Assembly (NCBI GenBank): GCA_964609285.1 | Contig: CAZSQY010000003.1 | Span: forward strand, 1-37,776 | Length of the DNA: 37,776 bases | Source: an uncultured Pseudomonadales bacterium | GTDB lineage: Bacteria > Patescibacteriota > Microgenomatia > UBA1400 > PJMF01 | Direction of reading: 5' to 3' | Shown here: positions 15,123-23,971 of the stretch, in pieces | Numbering within the stretch: the first letter of the stretch is position 1 | Layout of the letters: every line of letters begins with the position of its first letter | Translations under genes and position numbers: made by a program | The notes under the pieces: generated by a model | What the model was told of the DNA's origin: nothing | The model's database searches: none | What the model saw: only the letters and a program-made list of their open reading frames with translations

Positions 15123-16046
15123 TCATTTTTTCAAAAATTTTCTTTCTATAATAAAATCTGCAATTTGGTTCTGGATAAACTCAACACCTTTTTGTGAAGG
15201 ATGAATGTAATCATCTGCACGAATATATTCCAGATTTGCTGAACCGTTAGGATTAAGGCTTTCATCATAGACATTTATTAAAGGGATGTTTTTTGACTGA
15301 GCATAATCAATAAAATTTTCGATAAAAGCCCGTCTCTGCTCTACTCTTCCAGCTCTTTCAGTTGGAGTTAAGTCTCTTACCCCTTCAGCATATTTTTCTT
15401 TACTGGGAGCGATTGTTGCTAGAAAAATAATCAGTCCCTCAGGATTTTGGTTAATGAGAGATGATATGACTCGGTTAAGAATTTGTTCTTGCTGCTTAAG
15501 GGCTTCCGACTGGCTTTCAGCTATGATGGGGTTGTATCCCATAGACTCGACTATTAAGATGTCATAATCTCTGTCGATAACCGGAGCTGCCCGTTCTCCA
15601 TTGCTTAAGGTGTTATCCTTAATAAGTGCCGGGAGGCTCTCAATATTAGTCGAACCTCGGCTGTAGTTCTCAATGATAAATCCCTTGTTTGGATAGGCTT
15701 CGTTCATCCGTACACTAAGTTGGTATGGATAAGGTCCTAGGGCCTTTGTCATTGAGTCGCCCACCAGCAAAATTGTATAGTCTTTATCCTGAGGAATATT
15801 AGGGATTTTGTAAGTTGTGAACTGTTTTTCTTGAGAACCATTGGTGGATATTTGATTAGTTTGATCTGCTTGAGTCTGTTCATCTTGATTGTCAGGCTCT
15901 GATTCCTCATTCACCACCGGAAATCGAAGGAATGTAAACCAGCGGGGATTAATTTTGGAGACAGCAAATATAGCAGTGCTCAGGGTTAGGACAAGCAAAA
16001 TAATTTTTAGCAGTTTTTGCATGAATGACTTTATTTTAACAGGCAA
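15123..16046 (-). CDS. membrane-anchored SGNH/GDSL-like hydrolase
   Basis: 307-aa ORF with an N-terminal TM helix (LLKIILLVLTLSTAIFAV), block I ILLVGDSMT (GDS), and a C-terminal DYIHPS (D-x-x-H) motif. Confidence 0.65.
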   Translation of the reverse strand: MPVKIKSFMQKLLKIILLVLTLSTAIFAVSKINPRWFTFLRFPVVNEESEPDNQDEQTQADQTNQISTNGSQEKQFTTYKIPNIPQDKDYTILLVGDSMTKALGPYPYQLSVRMNEAYPNKGFIIENYSRGSTNIESLPALIKDNTLSNGERAAPVIDRDYDILIVESMGYNPIIAESQSEALKQQEQILNRVISSLINQNPEGLIIFLATIAPSKEKYAEGVRDLTPTERAGRVEQRRAFIENFIDYAQSKNIPLINVYDESLNPNGSANLEYIRADDYIHPSQKGVEFIQNQIADFIIERKFLKK

Positions 16047-16084
16047 CTTACTTATGAGGAGCAGTATGAATAATTTATGATTAA

Positions 16085-16159
16085 GGTGGTAGCAGCTCAG
16101 TTGGTCTAAAGCCTCCCCTGTGGAATGGAAGGCGGTGGGTCCAAAACTCGTCTGCCACC
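16085..16159 (+). pseudogene. decayed tRNA-His copy (direct repeat of 14407-14482)
   Basis: By eye it aligns over its full length with tRNA-His, with scattered mismatches and two 1-nt gaps, including the 4 upstream nt TAAG. The GTG anticodon is retained. The D stem (GCTC/AAGC), the anticodon stem and the T arm (T loop TCCAAAA in place of TTCAAGT) no longer pair. Confidence 0.7.
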
Positions 16160-16276
16160 CATTTCATTCTTAATTTTTTTATATTCCGATTTCTCCTAGC
16201 TCTTTTGTTTAAGCTTGCGGTATACTATAAACCTAATTATTTAACTCTATTTAGTTTAGAAATATTTATTCAAACT

Positions 16277-16822
16277 ATGGCAATTAATCCAAACATTTTT
16301 AAAAACAGTTCTCAGACAAAAACTTTAACTAACATAGGCAGCGGAACCGGCCAAGCCTTGCTCTTCCTCAGCATTGCTCTCTTCCTCCCTTCAGTTATTC
16401 ATCAGCAAACCATTACTGGCCCGATGATCAATGCTACCTTACTTTTGTCCAGTCTGGTCCTCGGTCCTTCAGCAGCGATGATGATTGGTTTAATCCCGAG
16501 CGTGGTGGCTTTGAGCCGCGGCTTACTGCCCTCTCCCCTTGCCCCAGTGGTGCCCTTTATCATGCTTTCAAATGCAGTTTATGTTTTTGTTTTTAACCAG
16601 TTTAAGGATAGAAGTTTTGCAGGAGCGGTGGGAGCCGCTTCAGTCATAAAATTCAGTTTATTACATTTTGTCAGCCAGTTTTTATTAGCTAGTTTATTGC
16701 CGGCTAAGTTTCTTACTCCGGCTGCAAATATGATGAGCTGGCCGCAATTAGTCACAGCTTTGGCCGGTGGTTTTATTGCCTGGCTAATAATTAGCTCAAC
16801 CAAATTAGCTTCTAAAAATTAA
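16277..16822 (+). CDS. polytopic membrane protein of unknown function (possibly ECF S-component-like)
   Basis: Multiple hydrophobic helices. I chose the start at ATG 16277 (MAINPN...) rather than the track's TTG at 16205. The gene ends 23 nt before the hydrogenase gene on the same strand. Confidence 0.5.
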   Translation: MAINPNIFKNSSQTKTLTNIGSGTGQALLFLSIALFLPSVIHQQTITGPMINATLLLSSLVLGPSAAMMIGLIPSVVALSRGLLPSPLAPVVPFIMLSNAVYVFVFNQFKDRSFAGAVGAASVIKFSLLHFVSQFLLASLLPAKFLTPAANMMSWPQLVTALAGGFIAWLIISSTKLASKN

Positions 16823-16845
16823 TTTTTTTTAGCTTAGATTAACTT

Positions 16846-18540
16846 ATGGCAATTACTATTCGCGTTGACCGTCAAAAAATTGAAGCTGAGAACGATCAAA
16901 ATTTACTCGATCTTTTAAAAAACAACCAAATTAATCTACCTGAGTTTAGTGCTCAGCTGCCTTCTGGTCGTAGTATTACCTCTGCCCTGGTGGAAGATAT
17001 CCAAACGCAGCAAGTTAAACCTGCGGCAGAAATTCAAGTTAAAGACAGGATGAGAATCGGGCTTAATTCCGGTGCTGCGCGCCAGCAGCGGCAAGAAGCA
17101 TTACGGCTGATTAAATTTCACCATTTACAATCTTGCCCCACTTGCCGGCAAGGCACTGCCTGTGATTTTATTCATCAGCTTAATCAGTATTTTGATTATG
17201 ACTTAATTATCAGCCAGGAAAAGAAATTAAAACTCCACCCTATGGCCCAAGCGGCTGAGCTCGATCCAGCCATTTGTATTGGTTGCAATAAGTGTGTTGA
17301 AGCTTGCGACCAAATCGGTATAGGTTTTTTAAAATTAGAAGTAGAAGGATGCAACAAACATGTTGCTATTAGTCAGGATGGAAAAGTTGATTGTATTTAT
17401 TGCGGACAGTGCACTGTGGCTTGTCCGGTCAAAGCTGCTCGCGAGCAATCCCAAATACAACAAGTCGAAGAGATATTGGCAGACGAGAATTTAATCACGA
17501 TTGTGCAGATGGCCCCGTCGGTCCGCGCCAGTATTGGTGAAGAGTTTGGCCAAGAAGTTGGTCTTAATTTGGAAAAGAAAATGTTTACTGCTTTTCGTCA
17601 ACTGGGTTTTGATTATATTTTTGATGTTAACATGGGCGCAGATATTACCACTTTGGTAGAGGCACAAGAGTTAGTGGATCGGCTTGAAAATAATGGCAAG
17701 CTGCCGATGTTTACTTCTTGCTGCCCGGCCTGGGTTAAGTTTTTAGAGTTTTATTATCCCGAAATGTTAGAGTATTTAACTGATGCTCGTTCGCCTCAAA
17801 TTCATTCTGGTGGAGCTTATAAAACTTGGTGGGCACAAAAAGTTGGGATTGATCCGAAAAAGATTAGAGTAGTTTCGATTATGCCTTGTACTTCAAAAAA
17901 ATATGAGGCACGGCACGAGAAACTGCAAATAGATGGCATGTGGCCAGTTGATGCTGTTTTAACCACCCGTGAAACCGCTTATTTATTAAAGAAAAACCAA
18001 ATTGATTTGCCTAGTTTACAAGATGGTGAACTGGATGAGTTTGGTCAATACTCCGGAGCTGGTGTGATTTACGGAGCCTCCGGCGGTGTCATGGAGTCTG
18101 CTTTGAGAACAGCGGCTAATTTAATGGAGGGCAAAGATTTATCCAAATTTGAGTTTGAAGTAGTGCGTGGCATGGAGGGTATTAAAAAAACAGAAGTGAA
18201 ATTTAATGGTCAAGTTCTTAAAATAGCCGTGGTGCAGATGGCTAAGAACATGCACAAAATTATTAAAGAAATCAAAGCTAATCCGCAAGCTTACCACTAT
18301 GTTGAGTTTATGGCCTGTCCGGGTGGTTGTATAGGCGGGGGTGGTCAACCTCAGCCCGCCAGCGATGAAAAGACGGCCAAGCGCATTCAAGGTTTATATG
18401 CAATTGATGATGTTATGGAGGTTCGCCAAGCCCATCAAAACAAAATGGCTCAGGAGTTTGTAAATTATGCTCAAGCCACTGAAGAAAAGCAGGGAAAATT
18501 ATTGTACACACATTACTCTAAAAAGAAAAAATTTGAGTAA
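16846..18540 (+). CDS. [FeFe]-hydrogenase catalytic subunit (HydA-like, multi-cluster form)
   Basis: H-cluster motifs FTSCCPAWVKF, MPCTSKKYEA and EFMACPGGCIGGGGQP. Two ferredoxin-type motifs, CIGCNKCVEAC and CIYCGQCTVACP. A His-ligated cluster motif, HLQSCPTCRQGTAC. Confidence 0.9.
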   Translation: MAITIRVDRQKIEAENDQNLLDLLKNNQINLPEFSAQLPSGRSITSALVEDIQTQQVKPAAEIQVKDRMRIGLNSGAARQQRQEALRLIKFHHLQSCPTCRQGTACDFIHQLNQYFDYDLIISQEKKLKLHPMAQAAELDPAICIGCNKCVEACDQIGIGFLKLEVEGCNKHVAISQDGKVDCIYCGQCTVACPVKAAREQSQIQQVEEILADENLITIVQMAPSVRASIGEEFGQEVGLNLEKKMFTAFRQLGFDYIFDVNMGADITTLVEAQELVDRLENNGKLPMFTSCCPAWVKFLEFYYPEMLEYLTDARSPQIHSGGAYKTWWAQKVGIDPKKIRVVSIMPCTSKKYEARHEKLQIDGMWPVDAVLTTRETAYLLKKNQIDLPSLQDGELDEFGQYSGAGVIYGASGGVMESALRTAANLMEGKDLSKFEFEVVRGMEGIKKTEVKFNGQVLKIAVVQMAKNMHKIIKEIKANPQAYHYVEFMACPGGCIGGGGQPQPASDEKTAKRIQGLYAIDDVMEVRQAHQNKMAQEFVNYAQATEEKQGKLLYTHYSKKKKFE

Positions 18541-18570
18541 CTGAATTTTTGATCAAGATTATTTTGAATT

Positions 18571-19911
18571 TTAATCGGTAGCTTTAAGCTTTGCTCTTTT
18601 CTTATCCCAATATTCTCCCCTGCGGCAAAGCAATACATTAGCCTTGTCCGGTTCAGCCATTAGTTTTTCAACTGCAATTTCTAGCAGCAAAGTGTTTTGC
18701 GAGCCTTTTACCAGTAGCATGTCATCAGGTTTCAGTTCCTGCCTCAATATCTCAACTGCTTGATAAGCGTTTTCTACCCAATCAACTTTAATGCCTTTTG
18801 ATTTTAAAACCGGCAGTACATATTGTTTCATGGCCGGACCGACCAAGACCACTCGGTCGCATATTTTACTGGCAGCAGTCGCTACTTTTTCATGTTCTAA
18901 TTTTGCTTCTTGCCCTAACTCTCTGAGATCTCCCAACAAAGCCAATTTTCTGCTAGGGCTGACTTCATCCATTAGTTTCAAAGCATCGATAATGGGTTTA
19001 GTTGAGGCATTATAAGAGCTGTCTAGAATATAAGAATTATTGAAGCCTTTGATCAAGCTTGCCCGGCCTGGCGGCAGTTTAAAATTTTGCTGTAAATCTT
19101 TAGTTGCGTCTTTTACATCAATGTTCAAGCTTAAAGCTACACTCAATGCTGCAGCAAAAGAATAAGCATAATGGTCGGGCAATAAAAGTCTGTTTAAGGT
19201 TAACTTTAGTTTTTCTTTTTCAAACTCGAACTCAAAACTTGTACCTTCTAGGGATTGTTGAATATTACGAATTTTTACTTGGGCTTGTTCATGCTGGCCA
19301 AAGCCGACCACTTTAGCTTGGGTTAAATCTTTAAAACGAAAAACATTAACATCATCTGTGTTTAAAACAGCTGTGCCGTCTTTAGGTAAGGCTAAAATCA
19401 TTTTGCCTTTTTCTTGCGCAATTAGCTTCGTTGTTTCTTGGCGGCGCTGTTTGAGATCTGTTGTTTTTACCAAAACATCATAATTTAAACTATGCAGCGG
19501 CTGAGCGTTTAAAAACACTCCAATCTTCGGTTTAAAAATTGTTAACAAATAACCCATATTCTTGGGAGGAAAAGGACTATCAATTCCCATTTCAGCTAAA
19601 TAGATATCATATTTATTCCAGTTGATTAAAAGTTGAATTGGGGCTAGTAAAGCCACTCGCAGCCAATCCAGCCAATTGTAAGATTTCATCTGCAAGCCCA
19701 AGATATTCAATGGCAAGCCGGTCTCACTATTGGCTTTGTGGCTAACTTTTAACCTAAAATGGTTGGACAAAATAGCTTCAATGGCGTGAGCAGTGCTGGT
19801 TTTACCGGCTGTACCGGTTACGCCTATAATTTTGGGCTTAATCTTCCAAAGTTGAATTTTGGCTAATAAACGTAAATAGGTTAAAAATAACCAAACTGTA
19901 TTTTTTTTCAT
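18571..19911 (-). CDS. Mur ligase family protein (MurF-like)
   Basis: 446-aa ORF with P-loop IIGVTGTAGKTST about 30 aa from the N-terminus, plus Mur-ligase central and C-terminal features (LNTDD, LGDLRELG, LLVKGSQ). Confidence 0.6.
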   Translation of the reverse strand: MKKNTVWLFLTYLRLLAKIQLWKIKPKIIGVTGTAGKTSTAHAIEAILSNHFRLKVSHKANSETGLPLNILGLQMKSYNWLDWLRVALLAPIQLLINWNKYDIYLAEMGIDSPFPPKNMGYLLTIFKPKIGVFLNAQPLHSLNYDVLVKTTDLKQRRQETTKLIAQEKGKMILALPKDGTAVLNTDDVNVFRFKDLTQAKVVGFGQHEQAQVKIRNIQQSLEGTSFEFEFEKEKLKLTLNRLLLPDHYAYSFAAALSVALSLNIDVKDATKDLQQNFKLPPGRASLIKGFNNSYILDSSYNASTKPIIDALKLMDEVSPSRKLALLGDLRELGQEAKLEHEKVATAASKICDRVVLVGPAMKQYVLPVLKSKGIKVDWVENAYQAVEILRQELKPDDMLLVKGSQNTLLLEIAVEKLMAEPDKANVLLCRRGEYWDKKRAKLKATD

Positions 19912-19993
19912 AAATAATCCCTTTTTCTATTGTAACTATGCATAGCCAGACTCTCAAGTTGCCAGGCTTTATTTTTCATGATACAACATAATC

Positions 19994-21004
19994 ATGTTGC
20001 CCAAAATTTTTTCCCCTTTTACCTCCATTTATAGGTTGCTGCAATCTAGTCAGCGTCGTGAAAATTTGCAGGAGGAAATTGAAGAAGAGCTGCGCCCTAG
20101 CACGGCTTATTTTATTTTATTAGGCGGAGCTAGTGTTTTGGCAACTTTAGGTTTGCTAATCAATAATTCAGTCGTTGTGATGGGAGCTATGATCATTGCT
20201 CCTTTGTATTGGCCTTTGTTGGGTTTGGCACTGGGAGTAGCCAAAATGGATAAAAAAATTTTGCAACGCTCCTTATTATTAGCGATCATTAGTATCTTGT
20301 TTTCCTTATTAATCAGTTATACAGTAGCCCGCCTCACTCCTATTTATGAAATCACTGATCAAATTGGGCTCAGAACTAATCCAACTATTCTTGATTTGGT
20401 TATTGCAATGGTCTCAGCTTTAGTCGGCATCGCTGCCATTTATTATCCAATGATTTCCACGGCTGTGATAGGAGTAGCCTTATCTTTATCTTTATTGCCA
20501 GCTTTAGCCACCATGGGAATCGGATTAGTTTTTAATTCAGGTTTAATTTTGGGAGGAGCCACTAATTTATTTTTGGTTAATGTACTTTCAATTGTCTTTA
20601 TCGGTTCAGTGACCATGTATGTTTTAAAAATTAGATCTCAACAAAAAAACCGAGGTCAGTTTTGGCTTGGCTTAATTGGGATTTGGTCATGTCTTTTTAT
20701 TTTAGCTATTCCTTTAGCTAAGCGCTTGCGGCAAAATCAGGCTTTGGCCAGAGAAAAAAAATTAGTTTATCAAGAACTCGAATTACAGCTGGAAGAGCAC
20801 TTTCCTGAAGTTGAATTTTATGATTTTGAGTTTAATGCTTTATCTAATCAGTCTAGTTTCTGGAAAGCTCAAGTAGTGCTATTAGTGCCAGAATCAGTAG
20901 AACTGAAGCGGGAGGATTTGTTAGCTATCGAGGATAAAATTAAAAACACCCATTATTTGACAATATTTTTCAATTGGAAAAAGATTTCGACGCAAAACTT
21001 TTAA
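19994..21004 (+). CDS. DUF389-family integral membrane protein
   Basis: 336-aa ORF. The repeated hydrophobic core contains VVVMGAMIIAPLYWPLLGLALG, similar to the DUF389 (TIGR00341-type) signature. Confidence 0.55.
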   Translation: MLPKIFSPFTSIYRLLQSSQRRENLQEEIEEELRPSTAYFILLGGASVLATLGLLINNSVVVMGAMIIAPLYWPLLGLALGVAKMDKKILQRSLLLAIISILFSLLISYTVARLTPIYEITDQIGLRTNPTILDLVIAMVSALVGIAAIYYPMISTAVIGVALSLSLLPALATMGIGLVFNSGLILGGATNLFLVNVLSIVFIGSVTMYVLKIRSQQKNRGQFWLGLIGIWSCLFILAIPLAKRLRQNQALAREKKLVYQELELQLEEHFPEVEFYDFEFNALSNQSSFWKAQVVLLVPESVELKREDLLAIEDKIKNTHYLTIFFNWKKISTQNF

Positions 21005-21239
21005 TATATTAGTTGATTCAGCCGTTAACTTAGTTTGTGGCATTGTTAGGATTGACGAGAAAGACAACTATTAAAATTATAAGTTTGTTATATAATATAT
21101 ACATAGCTGTTTTTTCTAAAATAGCTTGCAACCCAGAGAAGTTTAAACAACAATAACAGACAATTAGATATTAGCTCGACATTTACCCTGAAAAAGTAGT
21201 TTATTGTGTAATTTAATATAATAATTATTTGTAATTTTT

Positions 21240-22679
21240 ATGTCCAAACCACAAAAACCTGTAGTTAAACTCACAAAAATAGTGGCCACTATCGGCCCGG
21301 CTACAGAAACAGAAGAAACTTTAAAAGAATTAATTTTAGCCGGCATGAACGTGGCCCGTTTTAACACAAAGCATGGCACGCCCGAGTGGCATCATGAAAG
21401 GATTTTGAGAGTCAAACAAGTGGCAGCAGAACTAGATTTACCAATTGCTGTGCTATTAGATTTACAGGGTCCGGAGATCCGAATTAATCTTCCTGAAAAA
21501 TTTCAAGAGTCCGGTTTTGAAATGCAAGAAGGCGAGGTCGCTTATTTTACTTCAAACCAAAACCTTAAAAAGGAAAATTTAATTTTTATTCCAGAAAACG
21601 CCATTGATGTCATTGAGCCAGGTCAGCTAATTCTCACCGATGATGGTCTCTGTCAATTTGAGGCTGTGAAAAAAGGTAAAAAAACAATTGAAGCTGTAGC
21701 TTTAGATTCTTTTACAGTTAAACAGCGTAAAACTATGAGTATTCCGGGCTTAGTGACTGACATGCCGGTTTTAGTAGAAAACGATTATGTACAACTAGAT
21801 GGTATCCAAAATAATGAAGTTGATTACGTGGCTCTTTCTTTTGTTAGAGACAGAAGCGATGTTCTAACATTGCGGCGGGAATTAGAAAAACGTGACTTAA
21901 CGGCTGGTATTATTGCAAAAATTGAAAATCAAGCTGCCTTAGATAATTTGGACGAAATTATTGAGGTTTCGGATGGCATTATGGTAGCTAGGGGCGATTT
22001 AGGAGTTGAGGTACCTTATGAAGAATTGGTTTATTGGCAGCGGCAGATGATAAAGAAATGCCGCGATCAAGCCAAACCTGTTATCACAGCAACTCATATG
22101 TTGGAGACAATGATTGATAATCCTTTACCAACACGAGCTGAAATTAGTGATGTGGCACATGCTATTTATGATTTAACTGACGCTGTTATGCTTTCGGGTG
22201 AAACGACGATTGGTAGATTTCCAGTTAAGGCCGTTGAAACTCAAGCCAAAATTGCTCAATTTAATGAAAAACACATTGATGTGGATATGGTAGCTTGCGT
22301 TAATGGCGATGATGAAATGAATATTGCTTATGCTGCTGCCAATCTTTTACATAAACAGCCAGTGATAGTTGATGCAATCATATGTATTACCGCTACTGGT
22401 GCCACTGCCGCTCAGATAGCGCGTAATCGACCTCAAGCACCCCAACATGTCATTACCTCTGATAAGAGAGTTTATCAACAATTAAGTTTGTATTATGGCG
22501 TTTATCCTCATTTGGTTGATTGGACTGAGGAAGATGCAATCTTGAATGCAGAACAGCTGTTGGAAAAATTGGGTAAAAGGCAATGGTTTAAATCAGGACA
22601 GAAAATTTTAGTTTTACACGGACCTCATGTTAGGGCTGTTGGTAAAACTAACACCTTATCGATTATCAAGGTTGCTTAA
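21240..22679 (+). CDS. pyk: pyruvate kinase
   Basis: 479-aa ORF with TKIVATIGPA, GMNVARFNTKHG, IIAKIENQAALDNLDEII, MVARGDLGVE and MLSGETT motifs. Confidence 0.95.
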   Translation: MSKPQKPVVKLTKIVATIGPATETEETLKELILAGMNVARFNTKHGTPEWHHERILRVKQVAAELDLPIAVLLDLQGPEIRINLPEKFQESGFEMQEGEVAYFTSNQNLKKENLIFIPENAIDVIEPGQLILTDDGLCQFEAVKKGKKTIEAVALDSFTVKQRKTMSIPGLVTDMPVLVENDYVQLDGIQNNEVDYVALSFVRDRSDVLTLRRELEKRDLTAGIIAKIENQAALDNLDEIIEVSDGIMVARGDLGVEVPYEELVYWQRQMIKKCRDQAKPVITATHMLETMIDNPLPTRAEISDVAHAIYDLTDAVMLSGETTIGRFPVKAVETQAKIAQFNEKHIDVDMVACVNGDDEMNIAYAAANLLHKQPVIVDAIICITATGATAAQIARNRPQAPQHVITSDKRVYQQLSLYYGVYPHLVDWTEEDAILNAEQLLEKLGKRQWFKSGQKILVLHGPHVRAVGKTNTLSIIKVA

Positions 22680-22733
22680 GTGTTAAATATTTGATAATAA
22701 TGAAGTATAAACTATTAATCATAGAGAAAGATT

Positions 22734-23000
22734 ATGTCTAATAATAAAAGCAAAAGAACTAAAACCGGTGTGCTAGCCTTTTTGGCGGGTGCGGCTGCTG
22801 GAGCAGCTGCTCTTTTCTTTTCCAAGAAAGAGAATCGCGAAAAAACTAAAGAGGTTATTGATGATACTGCAAAAAAAGCCAAAGAAGTTAAAGAGGAAAT
22901 TGCTAAGGATTCCAAAAGAATTAAGCAAGAGACAGAGAAAAAAGTGAAAAAGGCTGTAAAAAAAGCAAAAAAGGAAATGGATAAAAAGATTAAGAAATAG
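22734..23000 (+). CDS. YtxH-like small Lys-rich protein with an N-terminal hydrophobic segment
   Basis: 88-aa ORF. GVLAFLAGAAAGAAALFFSKKENREKTKE is followed by a Lys/Glu-rich helix. Confidence 0.6.
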   Translation: MSNNKSKRTKTGVLAFLAGAAAGAAALFFSKKENREKTKEVIDDTAKKAKEVKEEIAKDSKRIKQETEKKVKKAVKKAKKEMDKKIKK

Positions 23001-23020
23001 TTTATTTCGAATTTTAAAAT

Positions 23021-23050
23021 AAAAACCCCAGCTTTAGGCTGGGGTTTTTT
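23021..23050. terminator. bidirectional rho-independent terminator
   Basis: AAAAA-CCCCAGC-TTTAG-GCTGGGG-TTTTTT lies between convergent genes (22734-23000 on + and 23074-23508 on -). Confidence 0.85.
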
Positions 23051-23073
23051 AGTGGGCTTAATCTATCTCTATC

Positions 23074-23508
23074 TCAAATTTTTTGAGACAATTCTTTAGA
23101 CCAGGCTTCAATTTTTTGCTCATTTTCTTCTTCATCAGGAAACCCATCAATTTTAAGAGTTGTGACAATGGTCTTTCCTCCTAATTTAGTAAAAGTTCCT
23201 TCTAAAATATCAGCTGCCTCACAGAAATCCGGGTAGTTGCTGTCACCCAGACCAAAAATGGCCAGTTTTTTACCGGCTAAATCAGCCTCTAGTCCCTCGA
23301 CAAAATCTCGGAAATCTTGTTGCAGTAAACCGTCATCCCAAGTAGATGAACCCAAAACTAAGACATCATACTCGGTTAAATCTTCCGGGCTGGTATCTGC
23401 GACATCCTGTAGCGAAACTTCATGATCTTTCAAAGAATCCATAATTTCTTCAGCCACCATTTCTGTATTGCCTGTGGTGGAGCCATATACAATGAGTATT
23501 TTACTCAT
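23074..23508 (-). CDS. short-chain flavodoxin
   Basis: 144-aa ORF with the FMN phosphate-binding loop KILIVYGSTTGNTE and the motif GSSTWDDG. Confidence 0.9.
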   Translation of the reverse strand: MSKILIVYGSTTGNTEMVAEEIMDSLKDHEVSLQDVADTSPEDLTEYDVLVLGSSTWDDGLLQQDFRDFVEGLEADLAGKKLAIFGLGDSNYPDFCEAADILEGTFTKLGGKTIVTTLKIDGFPDEEENEQKIEAWSKELSQKI

Positions 23509-23653
23509 AAGTAGTCCTTTCTGTGGTTAGTAATTGTGTTAAAGCGAGCTTAAAATATTATTTAAGACGCTGCATGTTTATTGATTAGTATAACTTTTTT
23601 TGCTGATTTTGTTGAGATCAATTTCTGTTTGTAGATCTAGCTTCTCCTAAATT

Positions 23654-23965
23654 TTGTTTTATTTTGATATAGATAGTCTTATTGAATCTTTGGGTTTTAT
23701 TCGTTTTAATGATGATATGTACCAAACAATACACGAAACAGTGCGTGTGGCTGGAATTTTTAAACAAAGTCAATTCCGGCCGGTTTGGTTTGATTGGCAG
23801 GGTCGTCGTTTTGATGTAGATAATATTACCCTGGTATCAGACTATAATCAGGGACAAGTCAAACACACAATTTATTCAATCGAAGCTCAGGGCAATTTGT
23901 ACCGTTTGCTTCATGATTTGCAGTCACAGGATTGGTATTTAGAGCAAGTTTGGATGGACGGTTAA
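23654..23965 (+). CDS. hypothetical protein upstream of dinB (start uncertain: TTG 23654 or ATG 23717)
   Basis: The ORF ends 6 nt before dinB on the same strand. A Trp-rich C-terminal half reads RPVWFDWQGRRFDV...DWYLEQVW. No family assigned. Confidence 0.5.
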   Translation: MFYFDIDSLIESLGFIRFNDDMYQTIHETVRVAGIFKQSQFRPVWFDWQGRRFDVDNITLVSDYNQGQVKHTIYSIEAQGNLYRLLHDLQSQDWYLEQVWMDG

Positions 23966-23971
23966 ATAAAA

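Noticed and set aside
16205-16276. TTG-initiated N-terminal extensions in the track for 16205-16822, 31076-31615 and 35821-36447.
   Set aside because: In each case an in-frame ATG 30-72 nt downstream gives an N-terminus typical of the family (MAINPN..., MNKSVKHKDQRVGIFID..., MNIQNLTLGPL...). The extensions are not certain to be untranslated.
23509-23716. Search for a LexA/SOS box (CTGT-N8-ACAG or CGAAC-N4-GTTCG type) upstream of the dinB cassette, and likewise upstream of uvrB and uvrA.
   Set aside because: I found only partial matches (CTGTTTGTAGATCTAG, and a lone CGAAACA inside the small ORF). Nothing is palindromic or shared between the three upstream regions.
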